Shown in pieces: positions 1-9,287 of a stretch of 50,238 nucleotides of DNA. Location: positions 1-50,238 of IMG/VR virus record IMGVR_UViG_3300049194_000060; one strand, given 5' to 3'. The stretch comes from a virus (taxonomy: Duplodnaviria > Caudoviricetes). The stretch's first letter is position 1, and each line of letters starts with the position of its first letter. The notes beneath the pieces were generated by a model, which did not search any database, had not been told where the DNA came from, and saw only the letters and a program-made list of their open reading frames with translations. A program made the translations under genes and the position numbers.

Positions 1-4
1 GTGG

Positions 5-130
5 GGCCGCGTGATGGGGGCACGCGCCCCCACAGTACAGGTGTTTTTGAGGGCCTTACGGAGGCGTGAGCGTGCGTGCGTCAATCGGCGCGTAAAGGGA
101 TTCCACCATGACTGTAGAGGTTTCACGAAT
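5..130. repeat. Terminal direct repeat, left copy (126 bp), probably circular-assembly overlap
   Basis: 5-130 is identical to 50113-50238 (GGCCGCGTGATGGGGG...TTTCACGAAT). Confidence 0.95.
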
Positions 131-276
131 TTCTGAAAGATATGTGGCCGAGCGGCCGCTCCGGAAAGCTGGCGGGGTGATATTCGCCGCGGCCACGCGG
201 TTGGAAGTTATCGAAACCATGAAGGTTTTATTCCCGCGTACGCATTGGAAGGGCTTCTTTCCGCATTGGTTGCCCA

Positions 277-828
277 ATGCGTAGCCGCGGCTCCGTGGAA
301 TTCTCCCGCATGGCCGGCGGTGTGATGGCCAAAGCCGAGCGCTTCGGAGTTGGAAAGTCCACCATCGGCAACTGGCAGACTGGCCTCACGAAGCCGGACG
401 GCGCGAAGCGCGAGCGCATCTTTGAGCAAGGCGGGCCGGAGCCGGATGCGTGGGATGAGCCGTGGGTAGAGCCTGCTGCGCAATTCGCAGTGCCGGGGGC
501 GGAGGAGGCTATCCAGCCGGCCACCCCCGAAAGCCTTGCGGATACAGCCGCGCGCCAGTTGCAGCAGATTCAAAAGCTGCAGCGGGAGCTAGCGGCGGGT
601 GCCGCAACGTCCGATCTGCGCCCCGATGAAAAGGTGCGGCTACAGCTCCAGATGAGCGACGCCATAGCAAAGCTATCCGTGTTCACCGGCGTGAAGCTCA
701 CCCATCGGATGATCACCGCCTCGCCGCTATGGCAGGAGGTTTGCGACGTGATTATAGCAGCACTAGAGCCGTGGCCGGACGCGCTGCAAGCGGTGGCTAA
801 GGCGCTAGACGAATTGAAAGCATCATGA
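277..828 (+). CDS. HTH protein, probable terminase small subunit
   Basis: N-terminal Cro/XRE-like helix-turn-helix (AERFGVGKSTIGNWQTGLTKPD), helical C-terminus, first gene of the packaging operon. Confidence 0.5.
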   Translation: MRSRGSVEFSRMAGGVMAKAERFGVGKSTIGNWQTGLTKPDGAKRERIFEQGGPEPDAWDEPWVEPAAQFAVPGAEEAIQPATPESLADTAARQLQQIQKLQRELAAGAATSDLRPDEKVRLQLQMSDAIAKLSVFTGVKLTHRMITASPLWQEVCDVIIAALEPWPDALQAVAKALDELKAS

Positions 829-1688
829 AGAAAGCCCCTAGCGCCGCGGTTACGAACCAGTTGATCCAAGAGGCGCAAGCCGGCAGCCTAGCCGCGCGTA
901 ACCAGCTGGTGGAGCTCCACATGCGGCTAGTGCGTAAGCGCTGCGTGGCTGCCGCGATGCGCTGCGGGTGCCCTGAGGCCATCCCGGATATCGTGAACAC
1001 CGCGATCGCCGGCGCGACGGATAACGACGGGCTGATCCACGCGATCGCTAAGTTCGATCTCTCCCGCGGCCTGCGGTTCTCCACCTACGCGGTGCGGTGG
1101 ATCGACAACGCGATCCAAAACGCAATCACCCAAACCGCGGTGGTGCGGGTGGGGCGCAACTCTCACGGGGAGGCCCGGCTGCGCGCCGTGGTGGCAGAGC
1201 TCACACACGAGGATGGGGTGCCTCCGACCCCACGCGAGGTGCGCGCGCGGTGCGTGTTCATGGGCCACGAGGCGCCGAGTGATCTTGCCATTGCGCGCGC
1301 GCTGGTATCCGTGCGGACCGAGGGGATGCCCCACGAGGCGACCAATTCGCGCGGCGATACGCGCAGCCCCGATATCCGCACCCTAACGGACGATGAGGAC
1401 CCCCAGCAGGCGCTAGAAGACCGCGAGGCTGGGCGGCTGCTACTCTCGGGGCTAGAGCTCCTCACCGGCCCGGAGCGCACCGCGCTCACCCTGAGCTATG
1501 GGCTTTTCCAGTCCGAGCCCATGAAGCTCACCGAGATCGCCACCTTGCTAGGCGTTAGTCGCCAGCGGGTCGGGCAGCTGAAGGCCAGCGCGCTAGGAAA
1601 GCTACAGGCGCACTTTGGCGCCGCGCATGGCGAACCACAGCGAAACGCTAGCATCATCCCTTTCCCGCAGGCTCTGGAAGCGGCATAG
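825..1688 (+). CDS. Phage-encoded sigma-70 family RNA polymerase sigma factor
   Basis: Region 2 motif GLIHAIAKFDLSRGLRFSTYAVRWIDNAI and region 4 HTH MKLTEIATLLGVSRQRVGQLKASALGKL; ATGA overlap with the upstream gene. Confidence 0.93.
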   Translation: MKKAPSAAVTNQLIQEAQAGSLAARNQLVELHMRLVRKRCVAAAMRCGCPEAIPDIVNTAIAGATDNDGLIHAIAKFDLSRGLRFSTYAVRWIDNAIQNAITQTAVVRVGRNSHGEARLRAVVAELTHEDGVPPTPREVRARCVFMGHEAPSDLAIARALVSVRTEGMPHEATNSRGDTRSPDIRTLTDDEDPQQALEDREAGRLLLSGLELLTGPERTALTLSYGLFQSEPMKLTEIATLLGVSRQRVGQLKASALGKLQAHFGAAHGEPQRNASIIPFPQALEAA

Positions 1689-3285
1689 CGAACTAGCGCC
1701 CCCGGCGGGCGACGCAGAGATCCTAGCCTCCTTTGCTGACCCACCTGATCCGGTGGGCTTCGCACGTCACGTGCTGCGCTTCATGCCGTGGAGCCGCCAG
1801 CAGCAGATCCTAGAGGCGGTAGCCGAGTATCAGCGCGTTGCGGTGGTGAGCGGCCATAAGGTGGGCAAGTCGACGGCCTACGCCATCCTGGCCCTGTGGT
1901 TCTACTGCAGCTTCCCGAATGCCCGCGTGGTGATCACGGCCACCACGGATAACCAGGTCAACGGGATCATATGGCGCGAGATCAAGCGGCTGGTGCGCTC
2001 CGCGGCGATCCCCATTCCCGGCGCGCCTTGCGCCATCCGTGCAAACACCGGCCTCACGCACCCCGAAACGTTTTCCGAGATCCGCGGCTACACGGCCAAG
2101 GAGGCGGAGGCTATCGCCGGCGTGTCCGGCTCTCACGTGATGTATCTGGTGGACGAGGCCTCGGGTGTCGAGGACTTCATATTCCAGGCTATCGAGGGCA
2201 ACCGCGCCGGCGGCAATGCGTGGGTGTTGCTGTGTTCCAATCCAACCAAAGCTGACGGGGAGTTTTACGAGGCCTTTCACTCCAAGTCCCGCGACACCAT
2301 CGGAGACGCGGGGTACTACAACATCCACGTGGACTCGCGCGAGTCCCCCAACATCACCGGCGAGTGGCGCGAGCTCGAGGAGTGGTGCGAGACGAAACGC
2401 GGCGCGGGTGATTGGGCGTGGCGCAAGCGCTCGAAGCCGGTACCGGGCCTAGCCACCGCAGGGTGGGTGGCGGAGAAACAGCGCGAGTGGGGCGAGGATT
2501 CAGCGTTCTTCAACGTGCGTATCAAAGGCTCTTTCGTTATCGCGGAAGCGGCCAAGGTGTTTCAGCTGGCGCTGCTGGCTGCGGCGCAATCGCGCTGGGA
2601 GGAGACTGAGCCGGCGCCCAGCGATCCGCTGGTGATTGGTCTTGACCCTGCCGGCGATGGTGACGGAGGTGATGAGTCGAGCTTCACTCCCCGGCGGGGC
2701 CTCAAGGTCTATCGCACCCGCTCGCGTCGCGGCATCAGCCCCGCGGAGCACATCGAGGAGCTCCGGGATATCATCCGCGAGCAGCGCGCAATGGGAGCGC
2801 CGGCGAGCCCTAAGCCGCTCGTGAATTGCGAGTCGGAGGGTGAAGCATCCTGGAAAGTCTACGTCGTGCTGCGCGAGCACGCAGAGCGCACTGGCGAATT
2901 CAACGTTCAACGCATGCGCACGTCCAGCGCGCCGATGCGCGAGCCGTTGATCTATGACCGGTTCCGCGATGAGCTATGGGCTATCGCGCGCGCGTGGATG
3001 AGAGCCGGCGGTGCGATCCCTCCCGACGCTTCGCGGCTGGAAAAGGATCTTCACGCGCCGGAATACAGCAGCACCCTGGCGGGGAAACTTAAGATCACCC
3101 CCAAGCGGGATCTACGGAAGCTGCTGGGCCGCAGCCCGGATGATGGTGACTCATTCGTGCTTAGCTGCTTCGTTCCCCGCCGCTACGCTACCGACGAGGC
3201 CGCGGAGGCTCCTGCGGTGCCGCAGGCTGACGCTTACGAGATGGCGGAGACCAGTACCGATCCGTACGGCAGCTCACTGATATAG
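1627..3285 (+). CDS. terL: Terminase large subunit
   Basis: Walker [11 protein letters not shown], Walker B YLVDEA, RNase H-like nuclease motifs IGLDPA and RSPDDGDS; directly upstream of the portal. Start codon uncertain (ATG 1627 chosen). Confidence 0.92.
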   Translation: MANHSETLASSLSRRLWKRHSELAPPAGDAEILASFADPPDPVGFARHVLRFMPWSRQQQILEAVAEYQRVAVVSGHKVGKSTAYAILALWFYCSFPNARVVITATTDNQVNGIIWREIKRLVRSAAIPIPGAPCAIRANTGLTHPETFSEIRGYTAKEAEAIAGVSGSHVMYLVDEASGVEDFIFQAIEGNRAGGNAWVLLCSNPTKADGEFYEAFHSKSRDTIGDAGYYNIHVDSRESPNITGEWRELEEWCETKRGAGDWAWRKRSKPVPGLATAGWVAEKQREWGEDSAFFNVRIKGSFVIAEAAKVFQLALLAAAQSRWEETEPAPSDPLVIGLDPAGDGDGGDESSFTPRRGLKVYRTRSRRGISPAEHIEELRDIIREQRAMGAPASPKPLVNCESEGEASWKVYVVLREHAERTGEFNVQRMRTSSAPMREPLIYDRFRDELWAIARAWMRAGGAIPPDASRLEKDLHAPEYSSTLAGKLKITPKRDLRKLLGRSPDDGDSFVLSCFVPRRYATDEAAEAPAVPQADAYEMAETSTDPYGSSLI

Positions 3286-3312
3286 CGCCCCCGAGGCTTC
3301 GCGCCGCGCGCC

Positions 3313-3333
3313 AGGCGCTAGACATAGCAATGT
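3313..3333 (+). promoter_or_regulatory. Putative late promoter, exact 21-bp copy of 5513-5533
   Basis: AGGCGCTAGACATAGCAATGT directly before and overlapping the portal GTG start at 3332. Confidence 0.6.
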
Positions 3334-4762
3334 GTCTGTTCTCAAGGATCTAGCGCGCCAGCTTTTAGGGGTGAGCGCCTATGAGCAGCAGCAACCCGCG
3401 CGCGCTGATTACAACGACGAGGAGCAGCAGAAGCGCATCCGGGAGGCGTTGGGCGGGCAGTTCCAGCCGATCCCGCAGACGCAGCTCCGGTGGTTCCTAG
3501 CTGATCTTGAAACCGCCGCGAAGATGGCGGACGCGGGTGACCTTTCCAAGGTGGGCCAGCTATGGCGTGCTATGCGTCGCGACGGCTATATTGGCGGCCT
3601 GTCGGAGACCCGCACCGCGGGGCTTGTGGCACTGCCGAAACAATGGCGAGGGAATGAGGCGCTCGTCAATGAGCTTCGCGCTGACGGTAGCGGTGATCGA
3701 TCGGTGTTCGATGAGCTCTGTCCACCGAACGAGCTGGCCGCGCTTGCCGCTGATGCGCTCGCTGTGGGTGTCGCCGTGGGTGAGCTCATCCCGGTGCAAG
3801 GCCGGGACTACCCCGTGCTGGTCCGGTACGATCCGGAGTTCCTCATCTACCGTTGGAATGAACAGCGGTTCTATTACCGCTCCACCGCGGGGACGATCCC
3901 CATCACTCCTGGTGATGGCCGATGGGTGCTCCACATGGGCGGCCCGCGGATCGCGCCCTGGCAGCAGGGGCTATGGCCGGCACTAGGCCGCGCATTCATC
4001 CACAAGGAGCACGCGCTACTCCACCGCGCGAACTACAGCAATAAGCTCGCTAATCCCGCGCGCGTGGCCAAGTCCGTCAACGGTGCCACGGAGCAAGAAC
4101 GGCTGGGCTTCCTCGCGAAGCTCATGGCGTGGGGCGTTAACACGGTGTTTGAGCTCCCGCCGGGGTGGGAAGCGTATCTCCTCGAGTCGAATGGCCGCGG
4201 CTGGGAGGTTTTCGAGAACGAGATCACCACTGCGAACCAAGAGATCATGATCGAGCTCGCCGGGCAGTTCGTAACTGTCACCGGCGGCACAGGGTTCGCG
4301 AACGCGGATATCCACGAGACGATCAGGGCTGATCTCATCAAGCGCACCGGTGACTCGCTGGCGCACACCGTAAACACGCAGATCCTACCGGCGTACGCGC
4401 TGAGCGTTGCTGGACGTGCTGCGCTAGACGATCTGCCCCGCTTCGCTTGGGACACCAAGCCGCCGGCGGATCGCAAGGTCGAGGCGGAGACCATGAGCGC
4501 CACTGCGAAGGGGATCGTGGAGCTTCGTAAGGCCCTAGCGGACTCCAACATCAAGCTGGACGTTCCCGCCATCGTAGCGCGCTACGGCATTGCTACGGCG
4601 GAGGGCGCACCCGAGGTGAGCGGCGCTGAGCAGGACCGTGAGGAGGAGGCAAAAGCCAAAGCGGAAGCGCTGAAAGCCGCGCCGCCTGGCGGAGATGCGC
4701 CGCCTGGAAAGGGCGCTCCACCGCCCAAGAAAGCCCCTAAGAATGACGATTCTAGCAAGTAA
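3332..4762 (+). CDS. Portal protein (Mu gp29/DUF935-like)
   Basis: Size and position after terL; conserved C-terminal segment [32 protein letters not shown] resembles DUF935 portals. Confidence 0.82.
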   Translation: MSVLKDLARQLLGVSAYEQQQPARADYNDEEQQKRIREALGGQFQPIPQTQLRWFLADLETAAKMADAGDLSKVGQLWRAMRRDGYIGGLSETRTAGLVALPKQWRGNEALVNELRADGSGDRSVFDELCPPNELAALAADALAVGVAVGELIPVQGRDYPVLVRYDPEFLIYRWNEQRFYYRSTAGTIPITPGDGRWVLHMGGPRIAPWQQGLWPALGRAFIHKEHALLHRANYSNKLANPARVAKSVNGATEQERLGFLAKLMAWGVNTVFELPPGWEAYLLESNGRGWEVFENEITTANQEIMIELAGQFVTVTGGTGFANADIHETIRADLIKRTGDSLAHTVNTQILPAYALSVAGRAALDDLPRFAWDTKPPADRKVEAETMSATAKGIVELRKALADSNIKLDVPAIVARYGIATAEGAPEVSGAEQDREEEAKAKAEALKAAPPGGDAPPGKGAPPPKKAPKNDDSSK

Positions 4763-6224
4763 CCCCGAGCCCATCCGCTACGCCCCGCAAGCCGGCGCCA
4801 TCGTGGCTATTGAGCCGCAGGCGCTGGAGCTGGTGCTACTCGAGGCGCCCCGTCCCGCGGAGCCGTACGCCGTAGCCGGCGGTGCCGCTACGGTCCTCGA
4901 GATCACGGGACCGCTTTGCTACGCATCGCCACTCCTAGACACATACGGCGCGATTCGGAAGCGATTCGATGCCGCACTAGCTGCCGCGCCGGAGATCGTG
5001 ATCCTGAAGATCAACTCTCCTGGCGGTGACGTAGCGGGGGCCTTCGATCTTTCGCGCTACATGCGGAGCGCCGCAGCCGCAGCGGGGAAACGCCTCATCG
5101 CGTTCTCCGAAGCGGCGATGTGCAGCTCTGGATACGCGCTAGGCTGCGCCGCGTCGCGCATTGTGTGCGCCGATACCGCCACTCTCGGCTCCGTGGGTGT
5201 GCTCTCCGCGCTGGAGAATCGCGCTGTGCAGAATGCAGCTATGGGGCTGCGGCATTACATCGTGAGCTCGGGGGCGCGCAAAGCGGACGGTAACCCCAAC
5301 CTCCCCATGACGCCCGAAGCGCTCGCCACCATCCAAACCGCCGTGGACGCGATGGCGGGTGTGTTCTTCGAGCTCGTGCGCGACGCGCGAGGGTTCGATC
5401 CTCAGCCCCTCGAGGCGCGCACATTCGTTGGGGCGGCGGCTGTCGCAGAGCGCCTAGCGGATGAGGTGGCCAGTTGGGATTCGTTGCTGGCCGACGTAGC
5501 CCAGAGTGCCGGAGGCGCTAGACATAGCAATGTAGCTGCTCAGGCGTTCGCCGCGGCCGCCAAGACTCCCAACATGGCATTCCCCGATAAAGACGAAGAT
5601 AAAAAGGACGCTAAGGCGGGTAGCGCGTTGCGCGCCGCTCTGGCGAAGGCGGCTGAAGGCGACGATAAGGAGGAGGCTGCGCGCGCGAAGCGTGCTCTTT
5701 CCGCTTTCGACGACGACGAGGATAAGAAGGCTAAGGCCTCCTCGGATGAGGATAAGGAGAAAGAGGCTAAGGCGAAAGCCGCTGCTGCTCCTGCCGCTAG
5801 CGTCACCGCCTCCGCGGATCCCGTTGTCGCTGCGCTGCAGAGCCAGATCCAAGCCCAAGCGGCTTCGCTAAAGGCCCTGCAGGACCAGGCGGCAGCCAAG
5901 GCTGCTGCTGAGGAATCTGCGGCTCGTGATGCGCTGTTTGCGTCGCGCCCCGACGTGGCACCCACGGTGATCGCCACTGTGAAGGACTTCCCGCTTGCCG
6001 CGGCTAAGGCTGTGTTGGACGCGATTCCGCGCGGCCCGGGCCTTCCGACGCTGGCGCGCACTCCGTTGGTTGGCGGCGGCGATCCCACTGCTACTGACCA
6101 CTCTGCTCCCGAAGTGCAGGCCAAGCTCGATGTCGAGTTCGGAATTGCGAAGGCGGAGCACGGGCACAGCTTCAATTCCAGCTCCTTGGTTCAGACCTTT
6201 GGCGCTTCGAAAGGCTCCAAGTAA
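4743..6224 (+). CDS. S49-family prohead protease fused to a C-terminal scaffold
   Basis: [25 protein letters not shown] and [10 protein letters not shown] are S49/SppA motifs; the charged Ala/Lys/Asp-rich C-terminal half is scaffold-like. Confidence 0.88.
   Translation: MTILASNPEPIRYAPQAGAIVAIEPQALELVLLEAPRPAEPYAVAGGAATVLEITGPLCYASPLLDTYGAIRKRFDAALAAAPEIVILKINSPGGDVAGAFDLSRYMRSAAAAAGKRLIAFSEAAMCSSGYALGCAASRIVCADTATLGSVGVLSALENRAVQNAAMGLRHYIVSSGARKADGNPNLPMTPEALATIQTAVDAMAGVFFELVRDARGFDPQPLEARTFVGAAAVAERLADEVASWDSLLADVAQSAGGARHSNVAAQAFAAAAKTPNMAFPDKDEDKKDAKAGSALRAALAKAAEGDDKEEAARAKRALSAFDDDEDKKAKASSDEDKEKEAKAKAAAAPAASVTASADPVVAALQSQIQAQAASLKALQDQAAAKAAAEESAARDALFASRPDVAPTVIATVKDFPLAAAKAVLDAIPRGPGLPTLARTPLVGGGDPTATDHSAPEVQAKLDVEFGIAKAEHGHSFNSSSLVQTFGASKGSK
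5513..5533 (+). promoter_or_regulatory. Putative internal promoter for a nested scaffold protein
   Basis: Exact copy of 3313-3333 inside the protease gene, 40 nt upstream of in-frame ATG 5574 ([11 protein letters not shown]). Confidence 0.55.
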
Positions 6225-6673
6225 TGGCCGCGCTTACTGCTCGCCGTGTTTACCGGCCCCACCGGGCTAAGACTATCGATCTCGCCTGCACCAACCAGCA
6301 AGTTTACCAGGGTGGTATCGCGTGCTTTGACACCAGCACTGGGTTGGTAGCGAAGGCCGCGCCGTCCACCACGATGATCCCGATTGGGGTTTTCACAGAG
6401 GATAAGCTGGTTACGGGCAATGCGGCCCAAACCATCGAGCTTTTCCGCGAGCTCGAGGCTAATTGGTTCGTGAACGCTACCGCGGGCGACGCGGTTGTCG
6501 CTGCGGATATCGGCAAGCTGGTTTATCTGCTGGACGATCAAACCGTCGCAAACAACGACGCTACGAACACCCGCAGTGTCGCTGGACGTTGCTGGAAGAT
6601 CGACTCTTCAAAGGGCGTGCTCGTCGAGTTCCGCCAAACCGCTGGTGATCGCCTCGGAGGCTTGGACGCCTAA
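6224..6673 (+). CDS. Capsid decoration/cement protein (Mu-like head module)
   Basis: Between scaffold and major capsid genes; ADIGKLVYLLDDQTV motif typical of this gene position in Mu-like heads. Confidence 0.7.
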   Translation: MAALTARRVYRPHRAKTIDLACTNQQVYQGGIACFDTSTGLVAKAAPSTTMIPIGVFTEDKLVTGNAAQTIELFRELEANWFVNATAGDAVVAADIGKLVYLLDDQTVANNDATNTRSVAGRCWKIDSSKGVLVEFRQTAGDRLGGLDA

Positions 6674-6695
6674 TTAGGCGATTCCTGAATAGAAT

Positions 6696-7730
6696 ATGAC
6701 TGGACAGCTTACTCCCACCTTCCTTATGGATCTTGAGCGCCGGATGCGCATTGTATCCGCGCGCGACTATGATCGGCTGAATAGCCGCACTTGGTGGCGC
6801 GCATTCGCCAAGGAAACCACGATCAATGGTCGCGCTGAGCGGCTGATCTGGATGCTCGATAGCGCGTCAATCGAGTACGTCAACCGGCTTGGCGGCGAGG
6901 TGATGTTTGATAGCATCCTCTCCAACACCACGGAGTATGAAGCTAAGGCGGCTACGGCCGGCCTGAAGCTGAATCGCTTCCAGCTGGACGATCACGACGG
7001 CGGCGGTGTGCAGCTCGCGGCTCACTGGGCACGCCAGATGGGCGCTTATGCGGCTTACTGGCCCCAAAAGCAGGTCGCGGCGGCCATCCGAGCCAACGCG
7101 AACAGCTATGACGGCGTGGCGTTTTTCAGCGCTTCGCACCCGCTGAATCCCTTCGACAGCGCGGCCGGCACGTATGCCAACGTTTTCACCGGTGCCGCTT
7201 CGGGTTCTTACCCCGGTGCGTGTCCGATCGATGCCTCCGTGACGCTCGATGTGGCGGTCACCAACCTCCAGAAGGCCATTGCTTACATCCACACGCTGAA
7301 GATGCCCAACGGCGTCGATCCTCGCAATCTGCGGGTCACGCAGTTGATCGTCCCCCCGGCGATGGTGTCGCGCGCTCAGCAGCTCACGAACGCCAAGTTC
7401 ATTGCACAAGCCGCTACCGGTGGTGCCGGCTCTGCCGATATCGAATCGGTCGTTCAAAACTGGGGCTTGGGGCAACCCGTCGAAGCGCCGGAGTTGGCGG
7501 CTGCGTTCGGCGGCTCGGACACTGACTACTACCTCACTGTCGAAGGCATCACCTCCGACGATGTGGGCGCCTTCACCTACGTGAACCGCGAGGCTTTCGG
7601 CATCGTCTACAACGGCGAGATGACGGACGCTCAGCTGGCCCGCGCCAATGAGCTGCAATGGCTCACCCGCGGCCGCAACGTGGTGGGCCTCGGCCACCCC
7701 TATCTCGCGTTCAAGGGCCGCAGCGCCTAA
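6696..7730 (+). CDS. Major capsid protein (Mu gpT-like)
   Basis: SYDGVAFFSASHP, LIVPPAM and terminal RGRNVVGLGHPYLAFK motifs typical of Mu-like major head subunits; 344 aa. Confidence 0.88.
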   Translation: MTGQLTPTFLMDLERRMRIVSARDYDRLNSRTWWRAFAKETTINGRAERLIWMLDSASIEYVNRLGGEVMFDSILSNTTEYEAKAATAGLKLNRFQLDDHDGGGVQLAAHWARQMGAYAAYWPQKQVAAAIRANANSYDGVAFFSASHPLNPFDSAAGTYANVFTGAASGSYPGACPIDASVTLDVAVTNLQKAIAYIHTLKMPNGVDPRNLRVTQLIVPPAMVSRAQQLTNAKFIAQAATGGAGSADIESVVQNWGLGQPVEAPELAAAFGGSDTDYYLTVEGITSDDVGAFTYVNREAFGIVYNGEMTDAQLARANELQWLTRGRNVVGLGHPYLAFKGRSA

Positions 7731-7757
7731 CCCCCTAGCAGCTGCTGCGCTGCTACT

Positions 7758-7791
7758 GCCCCCGGCCGGCTCACTGCTAGCCGGGGGTTTT
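7758..7791 (+). terminator. Intrinsic terminator after the capsid gene
   Basis: GCCCCCGGC...GCCGGGGGT stem followed by a T tract. Confidence 0.8.
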
Positions 7792-7799
7792 GCTTTGCT

Positions 7800-8285
7800 A
7801 TGGCCTATCTCACTCTAGCCACCTATCGGGATCTCTCCCTAGCTCCGCCGGCGCTAATCAACCGGTGCGAAACCGATCACCCCGGATGGGTGCTGGGTCA
7901 GCTCGAATTCTGGTCTGCGTGGCTCGATTCGAGGCTTAAAAAGCGCTATGCGGCCCCTTTTGCGGCCCCGCCGAACACGCCACCGGTGGTTTTGGGGTGG
8001 CTGGTGCGCATCCTGGACGCGGAGTTGTACCTCAAGATCGGTATCAACCCCCGGGATGAGCAGGCCGCTACGGTCGTCCAAGAGCGTGCGGCGGACGCAA
8101 AAGCGGAGGTAAAAGAGGCCGCGGATAGCAAAGAAGGGCTATTCGAGCTCCCGCTACGCGCGGATACGCCGGCCGCCACCGATATCACCCGCGCCGGGCC
8201 TTTGGGGTACACCGAGCAAAGCCCTTACTCCTGGACGATCGTCCAGCGCGACGCCGCAGCCGACGAGGGGCAGGGCATTGGCTAG
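7800..8285 (+). CDS. Head-tail adaptor (Mu gp36/DUF1320-like)
   Basis: SAWLDSRLKKRYAAPF...PPVVLGW motif and position after the capsid gene. Confidence 0.75.
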   Translation: MAYLTLATYRDLSLAPPALINRCETDHPGWVLGQLEFWSAWLDSRLKKRYAAPFAAPPNTPPVVLGWLVRILDAELYLKIGINPRDEQAATVVQERAADAKAEVKEAADSKEGLFELPLRADTPAATDITRAGPLGYTEQSPYSWTIVQRDAAADEGQGIG

Positions 8286-8679
8286 CGCGGCGGCAGCAGT
8301 GGCGAAGCTCAACGCGGCGATCGCTGCGATTCGCGTTGCGGGGGATCCGGAGTCTTACGCGCCGGCGGTGGCTGATGCGCTGCGGGAGGAGCTCGAAGCG
8401 CAGATCGCGCGCGGGGAAGGCCCGGACGGCACACCGTGGGTCCGTCGCGAGGATGGCGGGAGGCCGCTCCGCAACGCCGGCGCCGCGCTGCGTGTGGTCG
8501 CGGTGGGTGCGCGCGTGGTGGCCTCGATTGGCGGCCGCTACTACTACCACCACATCGGGAAGACACGCGGCAACGTCGCGCGGCCGATCCTGCCCTCCCG
8601 ACGGCTCAATGACGCGGCCGTGAAGGCCGTAAAGCGTGCCGCGGAGCGCCGGTTCCGCGAGCTCATGGGGGGCGCGTAG
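8278..8679 (+). CDS. Virion morphogenesis/neck protein (Mu gpG-like)
   Basis: GPDGTPW, YYYHHIG and ARPILP motifs. Confidence 0.7.
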   Translation: MASAAAAVAKLNAAIAAIRVAGDPESYAPAVADALREELEAQIARGEGPDGTPWVRREDGGRPLRNAGAALRVVAVGARVVASIGGRYYYHHIGKTRGNVARPILPSRRLNDAAVKAVKRAAERRFRELMGGA

Positions 8680-8681
8680 CC

Positions 8682-9284
8682 ATGGCCGGCGATCGGATGG
8701 CGCTGGAGATCCTGTACGACGACGTGACGGCGCGCATTGCGGCTGACCACGCCGCGGAAGCTCTCCCCGCGACCACGCCTCCTGAGCCCCCCGCGGCCCC
8801 GCCGGTATTCCAAAGCTTCGGGTGGCGTGAGCCGCCGCGGCAGCTGAGCAGCGAACGCAGTATCATCTGGGTACCCGGGGACGATGAGAGTGGTGATCTC
8901 GGGAAGATGCTGCCGGCCAAGTACCCCGGCCGCAATCCGCGCCCCCTCGGGAACCTGGCGGAGCTGTTCACGGTCTACATCTCCGCGCGCGATCCGTCGG
9001 ACCCCGACAATGAGCGCGCTCAGTACCACGCTACGCGCGCGCTATTCGATGAATGGTGGCGGGCGGTGTACCTATCCGCCATAGCACACAGCGAGATCTC
9101 GCTACTCAAAGCAGGGTGGCTAATTGAGAAAGTACAGCACCGCTATGGCGCGGCTCTGCGCGTCGTGGGTGCTATACATTCTATGATCCCCGATTACTCA
9201 CGTGCTACGGCGCCAGCCGATACCACAGCGGTAATCACGGTAACGGAGCTAGACAACTCCGATCCTGCTTTTGAGGCCCCGTAG
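8682..9284 (+). CDS. Putative tail terminator/completion protein
   Basis: Synteny only (between neck and sheath genes). Confidence 0.5.
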   Translation: MAGDRMALEILYDDVTARIAADHAAEALPATTPPEPPAAPPVFQSFGWREPPRQLSSERSIIWVPGDDESGDLGKMLPAKYPGRNPRPLGNLAELFTVYISARDPSDPDNERAQYHATRALFDEWWRAVYLSAIAHSEISLLKAGWLIEKVQHRYGAALRVVGAIHSMIPDYSRATAPADTTAVITVTELDNSDPAFEAP

Positions 9285-9287
9285 CGA

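Noticed and set aside
5454-7697. Long antisense ORFs (for example 6867-7697 and 5540-6175, and similar ones at 27941-28780 and 40294-41101)
   Set aside because: They are shadows of well-supported plus-strand genes, expected in GC-rich DNA, and have no recognisable motifs.
3332-8679. Transposable Mu-like phage
   Set aside because: The head genes are Mu-like, but I saw no DDE transposase or MuB gene; the genome has a tyrosine integrase and attP instead.
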